Source of the DNA: Acidobacteriota bacterium
GTDB taxonomy: Bacteria; Acidobacteriota; UBA6911; JACQSX01
Reading direction: 5' to 3'
Length of the DNA: 64,000 nucleotides
Assembly: GCA_016211105.1 (NCBI GenBank)
Contig: JACQSX010000010.1
Location: forward strand, 212,913 to 276,912
A model generated the notes under the pieces. The model searched no databases, had not been told where the DNA came from, and worked only from the letters and a program-made list of their open reading frames with translations. Both the position numbers and the translations under genes were made by a program. Position 1 is the first letter of the stretch. Each line of letters starts with the position of its first letter. Positions 41,176-52,132 of the stretch are shown one piece after another.

Positions 41176-41264
41176 ACTTCGGACATGGGGCTCAATTTGC
41201 CCGGGAGCTGTCCAGAAGTCCGAAAGCTGACCCAGCGGCAGGCGCCAATTGTCGATACATCCCG

Positions 41265-41412
41265 AAACCTTGCATGAGGTGGAGGCGATCGACGAGTTGG
41301 TCTTCGACTATGCTGCCATCGAGTTCGCCGAGGTCAGAAAAAAGGTGGACACCCAAGAGTTGCGCCAACCCGTTCCACCGCGGCAGTACTTCCCCGTGAT
41401 TGACCCGCCCGC
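41265..41412 (+). pseudogene. csb2: Csb2 fragment 3a
   Basis: EVEAIDELVFDYA...LRQPVPPRQYFPVIDPPA aligns with fragment 2. Confidence 0.75.
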
Positions 41413-41491
41413 TTTCATGCTCCGCTCGGAACCAAATTGGATTCGGGTCCGGGTGTGACATAAACTAGGCTGTGCCACACAGGGTGACCGC

Positions 41492-41685
41492 GTGAAAGTT
41501 CGGGAGGTGATTCGGATGTTGGAAGCAGAGGGTTGGCGCTTGGTGGTGACTGAAGTCATAGGTAGTTCAAACATCCAAAGCGGCCAGGGCGCGTGACTGT
41601 CAGCGGTCGTCTCGGCGACGATATGCCCCAAGGGACGCTTGCCTCGGTAAAGCGCCAGGCGGGCTGGAAGCGAGGGAAGTTATGA
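41492..41685 (+). pseudogene. hicA: HicA toxin with frameshift and stop
   Basis: MKVREVIRMLEAEGW / SHR*FKHPKRPGRVTV...GTLASV. Confidence 0.85.
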
Positions 41686-41945
41686 GAAAGCTTCAATATT
41701 TGGTTCGCATTAATAAGGATCCGGATAGCGACTGGGGCGCCTCGGTTCCGGATCTCCCCGGGTGCGTTGCAACCGGAAAGACTATCGACGACGCCCTTCA
41801 AAGAATCCAGAAGGCGATCACGTTGCACCTTCAAGGGATGCGGCAGGATGGGATGAAGCCACCGCGCCCGCGCCTTCGTGCGGTTACTCCACGCAGAACC
41901 TCGCGGCGCGTCGATTTCTATGCCACTGTCGAAGTGGCAGCCTGA
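41682..41945 (+). CDS. hicB: HicB antitoxin
   Basis: WGASVPDLPGCVATGKT...AITLHL. Confidence 0.9.
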   Translation: MRKLQYLVRINKDPDSDWGASVPDLPGCVATGKTIDDALQRIQKAITLHLQGMRQDGMKPPRPRLRAVTPRRTSRRVDFYATVEVAA

Positions 41946-42002
41946 CCAAGCCCCACACCCGCGTGCGGAAATTCCCGCCTTGGATTTCAAAACTCCGGGG
42001 CT

Positions 42003-42090
42003 GAATGGTTGGACCCAGCTAGCTACCCGAACGCGGCGGTGAAGGATCCCGATGCCGATCCCGGCTGTCCTTTTGGGTTGTCGATCGGGC
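42003..42090 (+). pseudogene. csb2: Csb2 fragment 3b (continuation after the hicAB cassette)
   Basis: KDPDADPGCPFGL vs KNPDADPG*SCGL in fragment 2. Confidence 0.6.
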
Positions 42091-42189
42091 AAGCGCTAGT
42101 TGTAAGTGGCGGCCTCACTGACGACAGAGTTGCCGAGCAAATGGCAAGCCGCTGACTGTGTGACTACAATCTCGGAAAACGGCGCCACG

Positions 42190-42384
42190 ATGAAATACGT
42201 AGGCATCCGACAACTAAAGGCCGAGCTTACGCGCTACCTGCGGGCAGTGGAGGCTGGAGAGACACTCACTGTGGCGACCTGGAAACATCCCATAGCGCAG
42301 GTCGTTTCCATCAAAAAGAGAGGAGACGTCGAAGAGATCCGTGATGCTTTAGCGGAACAGGGCCTCCTTGCCGGACTTGCGTGA
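42190..42384 (+). pseudogene. degenerate duplicate of the Phd antitoxin at 43360
   Basis: MKYVGIRQLKAELTRYLRAVEAGETLTV; frameshifted 3' end, no toxin follows. Confidence 0.75.
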
Positions 42385-42520
42385 ACCGTCGTCTGTGGCG
42401 CGCCCTCAAAAGATCTCCAACGTAGGCACGATGGAGGGAAAGGTCCAGCACTAGTCTCGCGGCAGGATCCAACAGCTACCGCCCTGCTCTAAGATAAGAT
42501 GAAGAGATAAGATGAAGAGG

Positions 42521-42580
42521 TTGACAGCCCAAATGCCTATCGAATAAGCTATCGTTATACGCTTACATCATCGATAGGCA
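42521..42580 (+). promoter_or_regulatory. sigma70-like promoter with autoregulatory inverted repeat
   Basis: TTGACA-18-TAAGCT; TGCCTATCGA...TCGATAGGCA perfect 10-bp inverted repeat. Confidence 0.65.
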
Positions 42581-42584
42581 ACTT

Positions 42585-42791
42585 ATGAGTACGCTGACCC
42601 TGTCCCCCAAGTTTCAAGTGGTCATCCCGAAAGCCATCCGGGAGAAGCTCGGCCTCTCTCCAGGACAGAAGATTCAAGCTATTCTCTACGGCAACCGCAT
42701 TGAATTGATTCCGCTGCGCCCCATAACGGAAATGCGCGGGTTCCTGAAAGGGATTGACACCACCGTCAAACGCGAGGTCGACCGTGTATGA
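42585..42791 (+). CDS. AbrB/MazE antitoxin
   Basis: LSPKFQVVIPKAIREKLGLSPGQ. Confidence 0.9.
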   Translation: MSTLTLSPKFQVVIPKAIREKLGLSPGQKIQAILYGNRIELIPLRPITEMRGFLKGIDTTVKREVDRV

Positions 42792-43165
42792 ACGTGGTCG
42801 ACTCCAGCGGGTGGTTGGAATATTTTGCCAACGGTCCTAATGCTTCCTTCTTTGCGCCGGGCGTTGAAGGTATCGATGAACTCATCGTCCCGACGATCAC
42901 GATCTTTGAGGTGTTCAAACGGATTTTGCAGCAGCGGAGCGAGAACGAGGCGCTACAGGCTGCCGCGGCCATGCAGCAGGGGATGGTCGCAGACCTGGAC
43001 TCCCGAATCGCCGTAGCTGCGGCCCGAATTAGCCTCGATCACAAGCTCCCGATGGCAGACAGCATCGTTCTGGCGTCGGCCCGGGCCTATGGAGCTGTGC
43101 TGTGGACGCAGGACGTTGATTTTAAAGGTTTGCCGGGAGTGCGATACCGGATGAAGCGAGAGTGA
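42788..43165 (+). CDS. vapC: VapC PIN toxin
   Basis: VVDSSGWLE...E...LPMADS...WTQDVDF. Confidence 0.92.
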   Translation: MNVVDSSGWLEYFANGPNASFFAPGVEGIDELIVPTITIFEVFKRILQQRSENEALQAAAAMQQGMVADLDSRIAVAAARISLDHKLPMADSIVLASARAYGAVLWTQDVDFKGLPGVRYRMKRE

Positions 43166-43359
43166 GCTCCGGCAAGAAAGAATCAAGCCGGCGCCGGAGG
43201 CCTCTGATTTTGCCTAGTCTTTAAGACCATGCTTGGTGGGAGCATTTGGAGGAATCCTTCTTTCCTTAAAGGGTGAACCAGACTTGGGCGGCGCTCTACG
43301 CGGCTTGAAACCGACCGAGCCTTGACTTTGTGACCACAATATTTAAAAATGAAACCACG

Positions 43360-43641
43360 ATGAAATACGTGGGCGTCCGACAACTGAAGGCCGAGCTTAC
43401 GCGCTATCTGCGGGCAGTGGAGGCTGGAGAGACACTCACCGTGACGACCCGGAAACGCCCCATAGCGCAGGTCGTTCCCATCAAGAAGAGGGGAGACGTC
43501 GAAGAGATCCTTGATGCTTTAGCGCAAGAGGGTCTGCTTCGCCGGGCTCGGCGCAAGCCATCGCCCGTGGCGCGCCCTCTCAAAACCTCCAAGGTGCGAA
43601 TCGGCGAGGCGGTTCTGGAGGACCGCCGTGCGTTACTTTGA
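43360..43641 (+). CDS. Phd/YefM antitoxin
   Basis: GVRQLKAELTRYLRAVEAGE; TTGTGACCACAA palindrome upstream. Confidence 0.9.
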   Translation: MKYVGVRQLKAELTRYLRAVEAGETLTVTTRKRPIAQVVPIKKRGDVEEILDALAQEGLLRRARRKPSPVARPLKTSKVRIGEAVLEDRRALL

Positions 43642-44068
43642 CACCAGCGCGTTGGTAAAGCAGTATTTTGTCGAGCCCGGCTCCATGGCCGTCAGAGAGC
43701 TTCTCAAGAGTGGGGAAAGAGTGTTTACGGCCGTATTGACTTATGCAGAAACGCACGCAGCCTTTGCACGGCGGAAACGCGAAGGGATACTTTCTCCGAC
43801 TGCCACTCGGAGACTTGCGCTTCGCTTTGACAAGGACTGGGAGTCGTACGAGGTTGTCTTATTGAACAGGGAACTTCTCTCTCTGGCGCGTCAAATTCTT
43901 TACCGTCACACCCTGCGATCCGCCGATGCCATCCAACTCGCCTCAGCGCTCCTTCTTGCCAGAAGAGCTCCTCAACCCCAATGGGTATTTGTCTGTGCCG
44001 ATCAAAGACTGTGCGCTGCGGCATCCGTCGAGGGCCTTCAGCCTGTCGATGTGACGTTGACTCACTGA
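43628..44068 (+). CDS. vapC: VapC PIN toxin
   Basis: YFDTSALVK...E...LRSADAIQLASA...ADQRL. Confidence 0.92.
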   Translation: MRYFDTSALVKQYFVEPGSMAVRELLKSGERVFTAVLTYAETHAAFARRKREGILSPTATRRLALRFDKDWESYEVVLLNRELLSLARQILYRHTLRSADAIQLASALLLARRAPQPQWVFVCADQRLCAAASVEGLQPVDVTLTH

Positions 44069-44159
44069 AAGAGTTACTGTAGGGGTTCGGCGTCGATAAG
44101 GGCGGGTCTGAAGAGGCCGTTCTGATCTCACTTTTCGGGATCAAGCCACCTTGAAGTGA

Positions 44160-44480
<321 letters not shown>

Positions 44481-44597
44481 CTTGTGCGCGCCGAAAGTCA
44501 CAGCACGAAGAGGCGCTGGCGGCGACGGATCGAACCGCGCGGATGATAGCAGGATCAAGTAAAATGTTATCGAAAAACCTTTCGCTCACAGGCGCCT

Positions 44598-44804
44598 CTA
44601 CAGGTCAGTTTGTTGCTGGCCGATTTGAGGAACCGACAAGGTGCGGAAAATTTTTCTGGTAAGGAGATTCGGGATTTCTGTGTGCCGCGGTATGGCCTCG
44701 ACTGCGCCCGTTGCTGGATTGCACGAGAGGGAGTGAGATTGTCCCTCCCGCTTCAAGTAACACCCGTGCTTTCGCAGGTGTAACAACAGGGAAGAGCGTT
44801 TCAC
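44598..44804 (-). CDS. hicA: HicA toxin
   Basis: LRKHGC..REGQSHS...IPRHTEI. Confidence 0.85.
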   Translation of the reverse strand: MKRSSLLLHLRKHGCYLKREGQSHSLSCNPATGAVEAIPRHTEIPNLLTRKIFRTLSVPQIGQQQTDL

Positions 44805-45010
44805 TTCACGGTGACTGTCCCAAGTTCAGCCTCGGGAGGTACACCGCGCAGTCCCTGCTCTTTTCGATCTTCCAAAATCAGGGCAATGGCCGCGCCCAGG
44901 CTTTCCCGCGCTTCCTCCTTCGTCTTTCCCTGACCATTGGCTCCCGGGATTTCAGGGCAATATGCGATGTACCATTCCCCATCACGCTCGAAAACTGCCG
45001 TGAACTCCAT
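44801..45010 (-). CDS. hicB: HicB antitoxin
   Basis: YIAYCPEIPGANGQGKTKEEA. Confidence 0.9.
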   Translation of the reverse strand: MEFTAVFERDGEWYIAYCPEIPGANGQGKTKEEARESLGAAIALILEDRKEQGLRGVPPEAELGTVTVK

Positions 45011-45153
45011 ACTCGCCCTCCTAACCTTTCCGAAAAGGACGAAACGTTCGTCCTGGCGCTTGATTCTGAATTGTATTCCATAACCCGCGTGATGTCTAAT
45101 GAACCGCGGTTTGCACGGTTTGCAGAATCTGCAAAGCGGCTTAAACGATTCTC

Positions 45154-46926
45154 ATGAGCGCGCCAAAACCCTTAGCACAATCCAGACAGTCCCCGCTGCC
45201 CGACTATTTACCGGCGCGGATGGTGAATGAGTTTGTCTACTGCCCGCGGCTTTTTTTCTACGAATGGGTGGAAGGCGTTTTCAGAGAAAGCGCCGACACA
45301 GTGGAGGGGAAGGTCCAACATAAGCGCGTTGACGAGGGACCTACGCACCTTCCGATGGCCCAGGCAATGCCAGAGGAAAAAATCCACTCCCGCTCTGTCA
45401 CGCTTTCCAGCGACCGTTGCCGGGTCATCGCGCGCATTGATCTGGTGGAGGTCTCCGGGGGACTGGTTACACCGGTGGATTACAAACATGGCCAACCTCG
45501 GGAAACGGACCAGGGCATAGAACTTTGGCCCGCGGATCGTGTCCAGCTTGCCGTTCAGGGGCTGATCCTTCGGGAAAACGGTTACGCTTGCGGTGAGGGT
45601 GTGGTTTATTACGCAAAGACCAAGCAGCGCGTCCGCGTGCCGTTTGATGAAGACTTGATGTCGGAAACGATTCGGACCATCGAAGAGGCGCGGGCATTGG
45701 CAGCCAGTGGGTGTATACCTCCGCCTCTTGTGGATTCACCGAAGTGCCCCGGTTGCTCGCTGGTTGGGATTTGCCTCCCGGATGAAACGAATGCACTGCT
45801 GGGCCGAACGTTGGAGAGCGTTGTTCAGCTTCCCTTGTTTGGAGCGGAAGAACAAACACCTTCCAAGAAGCCAATGGCTGATGTGCGGCGGTTGCTGGCG
45901 CCTAGAGACGATCTGCGGCCGCTTTACCTGAACAGCCAAGGCCTGCGCGTAGGCAAGTCGGGCGAAGTCCTGCAGATGCGCGACAGGGACAAGCTCATTC
46001 AGGAAGTCCGAATTGGTGAGATTTGCCAACTGAACCTCCTCGGCAACATCCAACTCTCCACGCAAGCCATTCAGGCATTGTGTGAAGGTGAAATTCCAAT
46101 TTGCTACTTTTCGCAGGGAGGATGGTTTTACGGCATCACCACTGGGATGAACACGAAAAACGTTTTCCTGAGGCGGTCGCAGTTTCGGCTCGCCGATCAA
46201 GAATGGTTCACCCTGTCCCTGTCGCGACGGCTCGTCGCCGGCAAAATTCGGAATCAACGGACCATGCTCCAAAGAAATCATCTGGAGCCAAAGCCCGAGA
46301 CCTTGCAGGAACTGAAGCGAATGGCGCAGCGGGCGGAGCAGGCGGAGAATTTAGAGGAGCTACTTGGGCTCGAAGGAAATGCAGCTCGATTGTACTTCGG
46401 GGAATTTGCAGGCATGATCAAAGTGGCCGAGGAAGAGGGAATTTCACGGCAGTTCCAGTTCGATTTTGCATCACGTAACCGGCGACCGCCGCGCGACGCG
46501 GTGAATGCTCTGCTTTCGCTTGCTTACAGCTTACTGGTGAAGGACTTCACACTTGCTTGTTATGCCGTTGGATTTGATCCCTTGTTGGGCTACTATCATC
46601 AACCGCGTTTTGGGCGTCCCGCTCTTGCGCTGGACTTGATGGAGCCCTTCCGGCCACTGATTGCGGATTCGGCAGTGTTGAGCGCAATTAATACGCGGAT
46701 GGTGACACCGGGCGATTTCATACAAACGGGGCCGGCTGTAGCGCTCACTGCCGGTGGCAGGAAGGGGTTTTTTCGGGCCTACGAGCTGCGCATGGACACG
46801 ATGGTGACACACCCGGTTTTTGACTATAGAGTTACTTACCGGCGGTTGTTAGAGATTCAGGCGCGGCTGCTGGCGCGAGTTCTGGAGGGGGAAACGGGGG
46901 AGTACCCGGTTTTTGTCACGCGTTGA
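45154..46926 (+). CDS. cas1: Cas4-Cas1 fusion
   Basis: YCPR, DYK, QL, CPGCSLVGIC (Cas4); LGLEGNAARLYF, NRRPPRD.VNALLS, LALDLMEPFRP (Cas1). Confidence 0.96.
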   Translation: MSAPKPLAQSRQSPLPDYLPARMVNEFVYCPRLFFYEWVEGVFRESADTVEGKVQHKRVDEGPTHLPMAQAMPEEKIHSRSVTLSSDRCRVIARIDLVEVSGGLVTPVDYKHGQPRETDQGIELWPADRVQLAVQGLILRENGYACGEGVVYYAKTKQRVRVPFDEDLMSETIRTIEEARALAASGCIPPPLVDSPKCPGCSLVGICLPDETNALLGRTLESVVQLPLFGAEEQTPSKKPMADVRRLLAPRDDLRPLYLNSQGLRVGKSGEVLQMRDRDKLIQEVRIGEICQLNLLGNIQLSTQAIQALCEGEIPICYFSQGGWFYGITTGMNTKNVFLRRSQFRLADQEWFTLSLSRRLVAGKIRNQRTMLQRNHLEPKPETLQELKRMAQRAEQAENLEELLGLEGNAARLYFGEFAGMIKVAEEEGISRQFQFDFASRNRRPPRDAVNALLSLAYSLLVKDFTLACYAVGFDPLLGYYHQPRFGRPALALDLMEPFRPLIADSAVLSAINTRMVTPGDFIQTGPAVALTAGGRKGFFRAYELRMDTMVTHPVFDYRVTYRRLLEIQARLLARVLEGETGEYPVFVTR

Positions 46927-47123
46927 TGAATCGAAGTTTCAGTCGCGAGAGGTCAAGTGATGAGAGATGCCCTGGGGACCGCTCGTGTTCATCTAAGGTG
47001 TTTGGTTTGAGAAAGATTTCTTGTTTCTCGACGAGCCGGCGGCGGGGAGAAAGGAGGCTGGCGACAATCGCTCGCAAGTGGCTTGGTAGATCTTTGACAA
47101 CTAAAAGGGTTAGGATGCGGGCT
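46927..47123 (+). promoter_or_regulatory. CRISPR leader
   Basis: Non-coding gap between cas4/1 and the first repeat; proximal 30 nt recur before the repeat at 60853. Confidence 0.75.
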
Positions 47124-47449
47124 CATTCCGCGATCAATTGATCGCGGCCCCATTGAAGCGCACGATACGCGCGCGCGGTATCCCAGGCACCGCACATTCC
47201 GCGATCAATTGATCGCGGCCCCATTGAAGCGACTGGACTACGTTGGCATGGCAGTCGGGAAGTCGATGCATTCCGCGATCAATTGATCGCGGCCCCATTG
47301 AAGCCCTCCGCTCCATTGGGCCACGTCAAGCGCCGCTTGGTCATTCCGCGATCAATTGATCGCGGCCCCATTGAAGCATCCATTCATTTGCCCATTGGAG
47401 CCAGGAGCCAGATCATTCCGCGATCAATTGATCGCGGCCCCATTGAAGC
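47124..47449 (+). CRISPR. CRISPR array: 5 identical 36-nt repeats CATTCCGCGATCAATTGATCGCGGCCCCATTGAAGC, 4 spacers (35, 38, 37, 36 nt)
   Basis: Repeats start at 47124, 47195, 47269, 47342, 47414; hairpin plus ATTGAAGC 3' end typical of type I-G. Confidence 0.98.
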
Positions 47450-47476
47450 CCCATGATAACTCCCATTCATGTTGAC

Positions 47477-47669
47477 ACTTGGCGCGTCGGCGGCTTCTTT
47501 GACAAGCCATTTCCCGGGAGGACCGCCTCCTTGTGGCATAGGAGGTAAAACCGGGGGGCTGTTTGTCGACGGCGTCATGGTCGAAATTGAACGAGGCCGT
47601 CTGAGAAAATACCGTGCCCAGGGTTACCAGCATCAATGCCGACATGAGCTGATATTGTCTTAAGTTCAT
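47477..47669 (-). pseudogene. truncated, frameshifted exported protein at the end of the efflux operon
   Basis: Signal peptide, FNFD....QPPGF....GGPPGKWLVK...APS then runs into the array. Confidence 0.6.
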
Positions 47670-47709
47670 AAGACACTTCCTCTCTTCCAATGCATTTCTC
47701 AAAGTGCCC

Positions 47710-48990
47710 TCAGCGAGCCGCGGTGGCCTGCTTGGCAATAACACGAATCCCAGCGCGTAACTCATCCGTGCCCCGGACTGCCACCTGATCGCCTGGCTGA
47801 AGATTTCCAAAAACTTCAATTAAATCTCCCATGGACATACCGCGCACAACATCAATCCACTCTGTCATGCCGCGGCGAATACGAACCACAAACACGCGCT
47901 CGGTCGTTGTTGCCACCGCCGATGGCGGAACGAACAGCGAGGGGCGGGATCGTCGTACCGGCAGGGTAACCTCGGGAAACATGCCCGGCGCCAGCCGTCC
48001 GGAACGATTGTCCACATCCAGTTCCACCGGCATCGTCCGGGTCCTGGGTTCCAATGCGTGTTCGATACGCTCGACTACGCCCGCAAATATTTCTCCTGGA
48101 AATGCCAGGACGGTAAAGTTGAGTTTGGCGCCTTGCTTGACGCCGGCGATAGCTATCTCCGGCACTGGAATGGTGAGTCGCAGCTTAGAGACCTGCTGAA
48201 TTCGCAACATGGCGGGCGATGCGGGCCCGCTCGATGGGCCTACCAGGCTGCCTGTATGGACGTTTCTCTCGGTGATGACGCCGTCAAATGGCGCCGCGAT
48301 GTGGAGATACGACTCGATTTCACGGGCTGAGCGCGCGGTTTCAGTCGCAGCCTTTTCATCTTCTTCCAGCGACCGGACCTGGGCCTGAGCGGCCTTCTCA
48401 TTTTCCTCCGTGACACGAACGCGAGCCTGATTCGCTTCAACCGTCTTTTGAGCTACTTCCAGGTCATTGCCCGCAACGACTCCGGGCGTTGCCGCCGCCG
48501 CCTTCAGCCGCCGATAAGTAGCATCATCCGACGCAAGTTTGGCTTCCGCCTCCAGCGTCTGTTGCCGAGCGCTCAGCACCCGGGCTTGGGCCTCCAGCAG
48601 ACGGGCGTGGCTGACCTGCACCTTGGCGTCTGCCGAACTGCGCTGAGCTTCCACCTCTGGGGCTCTCATTCGAACCAGCGGTTGACCGCGCTTGACCCAT
48701 GATCCACGGTCGACGCCTATCCACTCCACAAAACCCTGGATTTTTGGATAAAGCGCCACATCCTGGAAAGCCTGAAGCTCGCCCGGCAACCGGATGGGCC
48801 GATTCAGCTCCTGCGATACTACGGTGGTGACAGGGACCGTGGTGGCTTGTCCCGGTCCCGTCTTAGCGGCGGCGGGCCGGCTGTCTGATCTCGGCGCCTT
48901 CTGCACTCCGCTCGTCATGATGCTCCAGAACAGGCTCACAACGGCTACGGCGACGATACCTGTTTTGACCATGATTTGCTTAGGAGTCAT
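47710..48990 (-). CDS. RND efflux periplasmic adaptor (MFP)
   Basis: VDRGSWVKRGQ, IAAPFDGVIT, LAPGMF. Confidence 0.95.
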   Translation of the reverse strand: MTPKQIMVKTGIVAVAVVSLFWSIMTSGVQKAPRSDSRPAAAKTGPGQATTVPVTTVVSQELNRPIRLPGELQAFQDVALYPKIQGFVEWIGVDRGSWVKRGQPLVRMRAPEVEAQRSSADAKVQVSHARLLEAQARVLSARQQTLEAEAKLASDDATYRRLKAAAATPGVVAGNDLEVAQKTVEANQARVRVTEENEKAAQAQVRSLEEDEKAATETARSAREIESYLHIAAPFDGVITERNVHTGSLVGPSSGPASPAMLRIQQVSKLRLTIPVPEIAIAGVKQGAKLNFTVLAFPGEIFAGVVERIEHALEPRTRTMPVELDVDNRSGRLAPGMFPEVTLPVRRSRPSLFVPPSAVATTTERVFVVRIRRGMTEWIDVVRGMSMGDLIEVFGNLQPGDQVAVRGTDELRAGIRVIAKQATAAR

Positions 48991-49005
48991 TTGTGTGTCT
49001 CCGTT

Positions 49006-52000
49006 CTACACTGTGTCGTCCGGGTGCAACGATGCAGAGCTTCGATCTGCTTGCCGCTGCGCCATGGCAAATACCAACGGAAGCACCAGAAGAACAGCAA
49101 GGGTGGAGGCGGCGAGACCGCCGATTACTGCACAGCCCAGAGGGGCAGTCTGTTCTCCTCCTCGCCCCAATGCCAGCGCCAGAGGAATCATGCCTGCAAT
49201 CATTGCAACGGTAGTCATCAGGATTGGCCGCAACCTCCTCTCCGCCCCTTCCAAAGCCGCCGCCGCGGCATCCTTGCCGCGTCGACGTGTCTCTTCGGCA
49301 AACGTCACCAGCAAAATTGCGTTTGCCACGGAGACCCCAATCGCCATGATCGCGCCCATGAAGGATTGCACGTTCAAAGTCGTTCCAGTGATCCAGAGCG
49401 CGAGTGCGACGCCTGCGATAACCGCCGGTATGGTTGAAAGCACCACAAACGCCACGCGCACCGACTGGAAATTTGCGGCCAGCAACAGGAAGATCGCAAG
49501 GACGGCAATCAGGAGCCCGGCCCTTAAGCCATCGAGTGTTTGGTTCATGGGCGGAACTTGCCCCCGCATGTTGACGGTCACTCCACGAGGGAGTTCTCCG
49601 GCCCGCCGGATCGCGTCTCCAACCTCCGCAGCAACGGTTCCAAGATCTTTCCCCTCAATATTGGCAGTGATGGTGACCATTCGCTGCTGGTTGTAACGGT
49701 CATACTCCCCGGGCATCACGCCGTAGCCGACTTGCGCGACATCTCCCACGAGCGGGCGGGTTGCGCCGCCCGGCATGGCGGGAACACTTTCAACGTCCTC
49801 AATGGAACTCACCTGAGATTGAGGGATTTCCACCTGCACCTGATAAGCAATTCCGCTTGTCGGATCGCGCCAGTAGTTCGGCTGTGTGTACCGGCTTGAG
49901 GAGGTTGCGGCAGCCAGGGAGCGTCCCACTTGTTCCACAGTCACGCCGAGCTGCCCGGCACGCTCGCGGTCTACCTTGATGTCAACGGTTGGATAGTCCA
50001 GCGGCTGTCCGAACTGCAGGTCCCTCAGAGACAAAATCTTCTTCATCTCAGCCAGCACCTCCCCGGCGAAAGCCCTGTTCGCGCCCAGATTGGGACCGCT
50101 GACGGCGACTTCAATGGGTGTGGGAGCGCCAAAGTTCATGATCTGGCTGACGATGTCTCCCGATTCAAAGGATAGAGTTGTGCCGGGAAGAATGGCCGGC
50201 AGTTTCCGGCGCAAACGCTCCTGAAACTCAGCCAGCCGAATGCGAGAGTTTGGCCGCAAAGCAACCAGCAAGAGAGCTTCGTGCGGCCCGCTCGACCAGA
50301 GATAAATACTGTTGACCGGATAGTTCGAAGTCGGATTGCCGGCAAACGCAAGCGTTATGGCGACATTGTCCGGGCCGGCTTCAGCTCGGATTGCGTCCAG
50401 TGCTTTCAGCGTGATCAATTCCGTGCGCTCGACGCGAGTTCCCGTCGGTGCCCTCAATCTGAGTTGGAATTGACCGGTATCCACCGCAGGGAAAATATCC
50501 GTTCCCAGACGTCGGCCGATTAGGACGATAACTCCAACCGCGATAACCGCGTAGACGGCCACAACAACCCATCGCAGCGGGAAGAGGCGCTCCACGAAAC
50601 CGCGATATCGGCTCCTAAACTTGTGAAACAAGGAGTGGGTATCTTCCGCTGTGTGTTCCTCCCTCAGGAGCCATACTGAAAGGACCGGTACCAGTGTGTT
50701 CGACAATAGGTAGGATGCGAGCATCGCAAAGCCAACCGCCAGCGAGAGGGGCACAAACAGAGACCGTGCGATGCCCGTCATGAAGAAGGAGGGAATGAAC
50801 ACGGCCAGCACGGCCAGCATTGCAAGCAGGCGCGGAGTTACAGTCTCGCGCCCGGCGAGGAGCACCGCTCGCGACCGCCCTTGCCCTCGCGCTAAATGAG
50901 TGTGAATATTCTCAATCGCCACCGTCGCCTCGTCGACGAGAATGCCGATTGCCAATGCCAGACCGCCGAGTGTCATGATGTTAACGGTATGTCCAGTGAG
51001 CCAGAGCCCAACCAGTGCGGCAAGCAGCGCAAAGGGTATGGTCGCAACTACAATCAGCGCGCTCCGGACGTCGCGCAGGAAGAGAAGCACCATAAGCCCG
51101 GTTAGAACGGCTCCCAACAAACCTTCTGTGGCCAGGACCCGAATTGCGTTCTTTACATAAGAGGACTGGTCGAACTCGAAGCTGACCTCGATGTCTTCCG
51201 GGACCAGAGCCTGCATTCTGGGCAGTTCGGTCTTCACTCGATTGACAACTTCCAGGGTGGAGGCATCGGCACGCTTGGTCACCGGAATATAGACCGTCCT
51301 GCGCCCGTTGACGAGCGCATAGCCGGTGACGATGTCACTGCCGTTCTCGACCGTCCCTACGTCCCGGAGAAAAACCGTAGGTCCTGCTCCGCTTCTGATA
51401 GGCAGCGCGGCCAGTTCCTGTATCTGGGTCACCGAGGAATTGAGAGGCGCAAGTCGATTGATGTCTCCGGTTCGGACATTGCCTGCCGGCAGGATGGTAT
51501 TGCCGGTCGCGACTGCCTTCACCACTTCCTCGGCTGACATGTTAAATCCCCGCAGTCGGCTGGGATCGACACGGATCAGTATCGTTCGCTGGCTGGCGCC
51601 GAAGGGCGGCGGCGCAGATACGCCCGGTAGAGTCGCAAACATGGGCCGGACGCGGTTCAGGGCCAGGTCCTGAATTTCCCCCACGCTGCGCGTCTCGCTG
51701 GAAAAGATTAGCTGGCCGACCGGTACTGTCCCGGCGTCAAAACGCACCACAAAAGGCGCGACTGTTCCCGGAGGCATGAAGGCACGGGCTCGATCGACGT
51801 AAGAGACGGTTTGGGCCAGGGCCTGGCTCATATCGGTCCCGGGATGAAAGAAAAGCTTGATCAGGCCGATATTCTGGATCGACTTGGATTCAACATGTTC
51901 GATGCCGGTGATGTAGAGGAAGTGATATTCGTAATAGTAAACGAGATAACCTTCCATCTGCGCGGGATCCATGCCGCCATAGGGCTGCGCCACGACAATC

Positions 52001-52131
52001 ACCGGCAAGTTCAGCTCCGGGAAGATGTCTACCGGCATCCGTGCCAGAGCCAGGACGGCGCACAAGGCGACCCCGACTACGGCGACCGCGATGGTGATGG
52101 GTCGCCTCATGGCCAGATTTATGAGCCACAT
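49006..52131 (-). CDS. RND efflux permease (AcrB/CzcA family)
   Basis: 1041 aa; [28 protein letters not shown]. Confidence 0.97.
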   Translation of the reverse strand: MWLINLAMRRPITIAVAVVGVALCAVLALARMPVDIFPELNLPVIVVAQPYGGMDPAQMEGYLVYYYEYHFLYITGIEHVESKSIQNIGLIKLFFHPGTDMSQALAQTVSYVDRARAFMPPGTVAPFVVRFDAGTVPVGQLIFSSETRSVGEIQDLALNRVRPMFATLPGVSAPPPFGASQRTILIRVDPSRLRGFNMSAEEVVKAVATGNTILPAGNVRTGDINRLAPLNSSVTQIQELAALPIRSGAGPTVFLRDVGTVENGSDIVTGYALVNGRRTVYIPVTKRADASTLEVVNRVKTELPRMQALVPEDIEVSFEFDQSSYVKNAIRVLATEGLLGAVLTGLMVLLFLRDVRSALIVVATIPFALLAALVGLWLTGHTVNIMTLGGLALAIGILVDEATVAIENIHTHLARGQGRSRAVLLAGRETVTPRLLAMLAVLAVFIPSFFMTGIARSLFVPLSLAVGFAMLASYLLSNTLVPVLSVWLLREEHTAEDTHSLFHKFRSRYRGFVERLFPLRWVVVAVYAVIAVGVIVLIGRRLGTDIFPAVDTGQFQLRLRAPTGTRVERTELITLKALDAIRAEAGPDNVAITLAFAGNPTSNYPVNSIYLWSSGPHEALLLVALRPNSRIRLAEFQERLRRKLPAILPGTTLSFESGDIVSQIMNFGAPTPIEVAVSGPNLGANRAFAGEVLAEMKKILSLRDLQFGQPLDYPTVDIKVDRERAGQLGVTVEQVGRSLAAATSSSRYTQPNYWRDPTSGIAYQVQVEIPQSQVSSIEDVESVPAMPGGATRPLVGDVAQVGYGVMPGEYDRYNQQRMVTITANIEGKDLGTVAAEVGDAIRRAGELPRGVTVNMRGQVPPMNQTLDGLRAGLLIAVLAIFLLLAANFQSVRVAFVVLSTIPAVIAGVALALWITGTTLNVQSFMGAIMAIGVSVANAILLVTFAEETRRRGKDAAAAALEGAERRLRPILMTTVAMIAGMIPLALALGRGGEQTAPLGCAVIGGLAASTLAVLLVLPLVFAMAQRQADRSSASLHPDDTV

Positions 52132-52132
52132 G

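Noticed and set aside
33810..41565. Several in-frame TAG stops at probable Gln positions (33810, 37247, about 41562) suggesting amber readthrough
   Set aside because: CAG>TAG is a common nonsense change; these ORFs also have frameshifts or truncations, and intact genes such as cas8b end in TAG
33900..44100. Integron cassette array
   Set aside because: No intI and no recurring attC-like RYYYAAC..GTTRRRY sites seen between cassettes
47160..47413. Self-targeting by array spacers
   Set aside because: No match to the window seen by eye; a proper alignment search is needed
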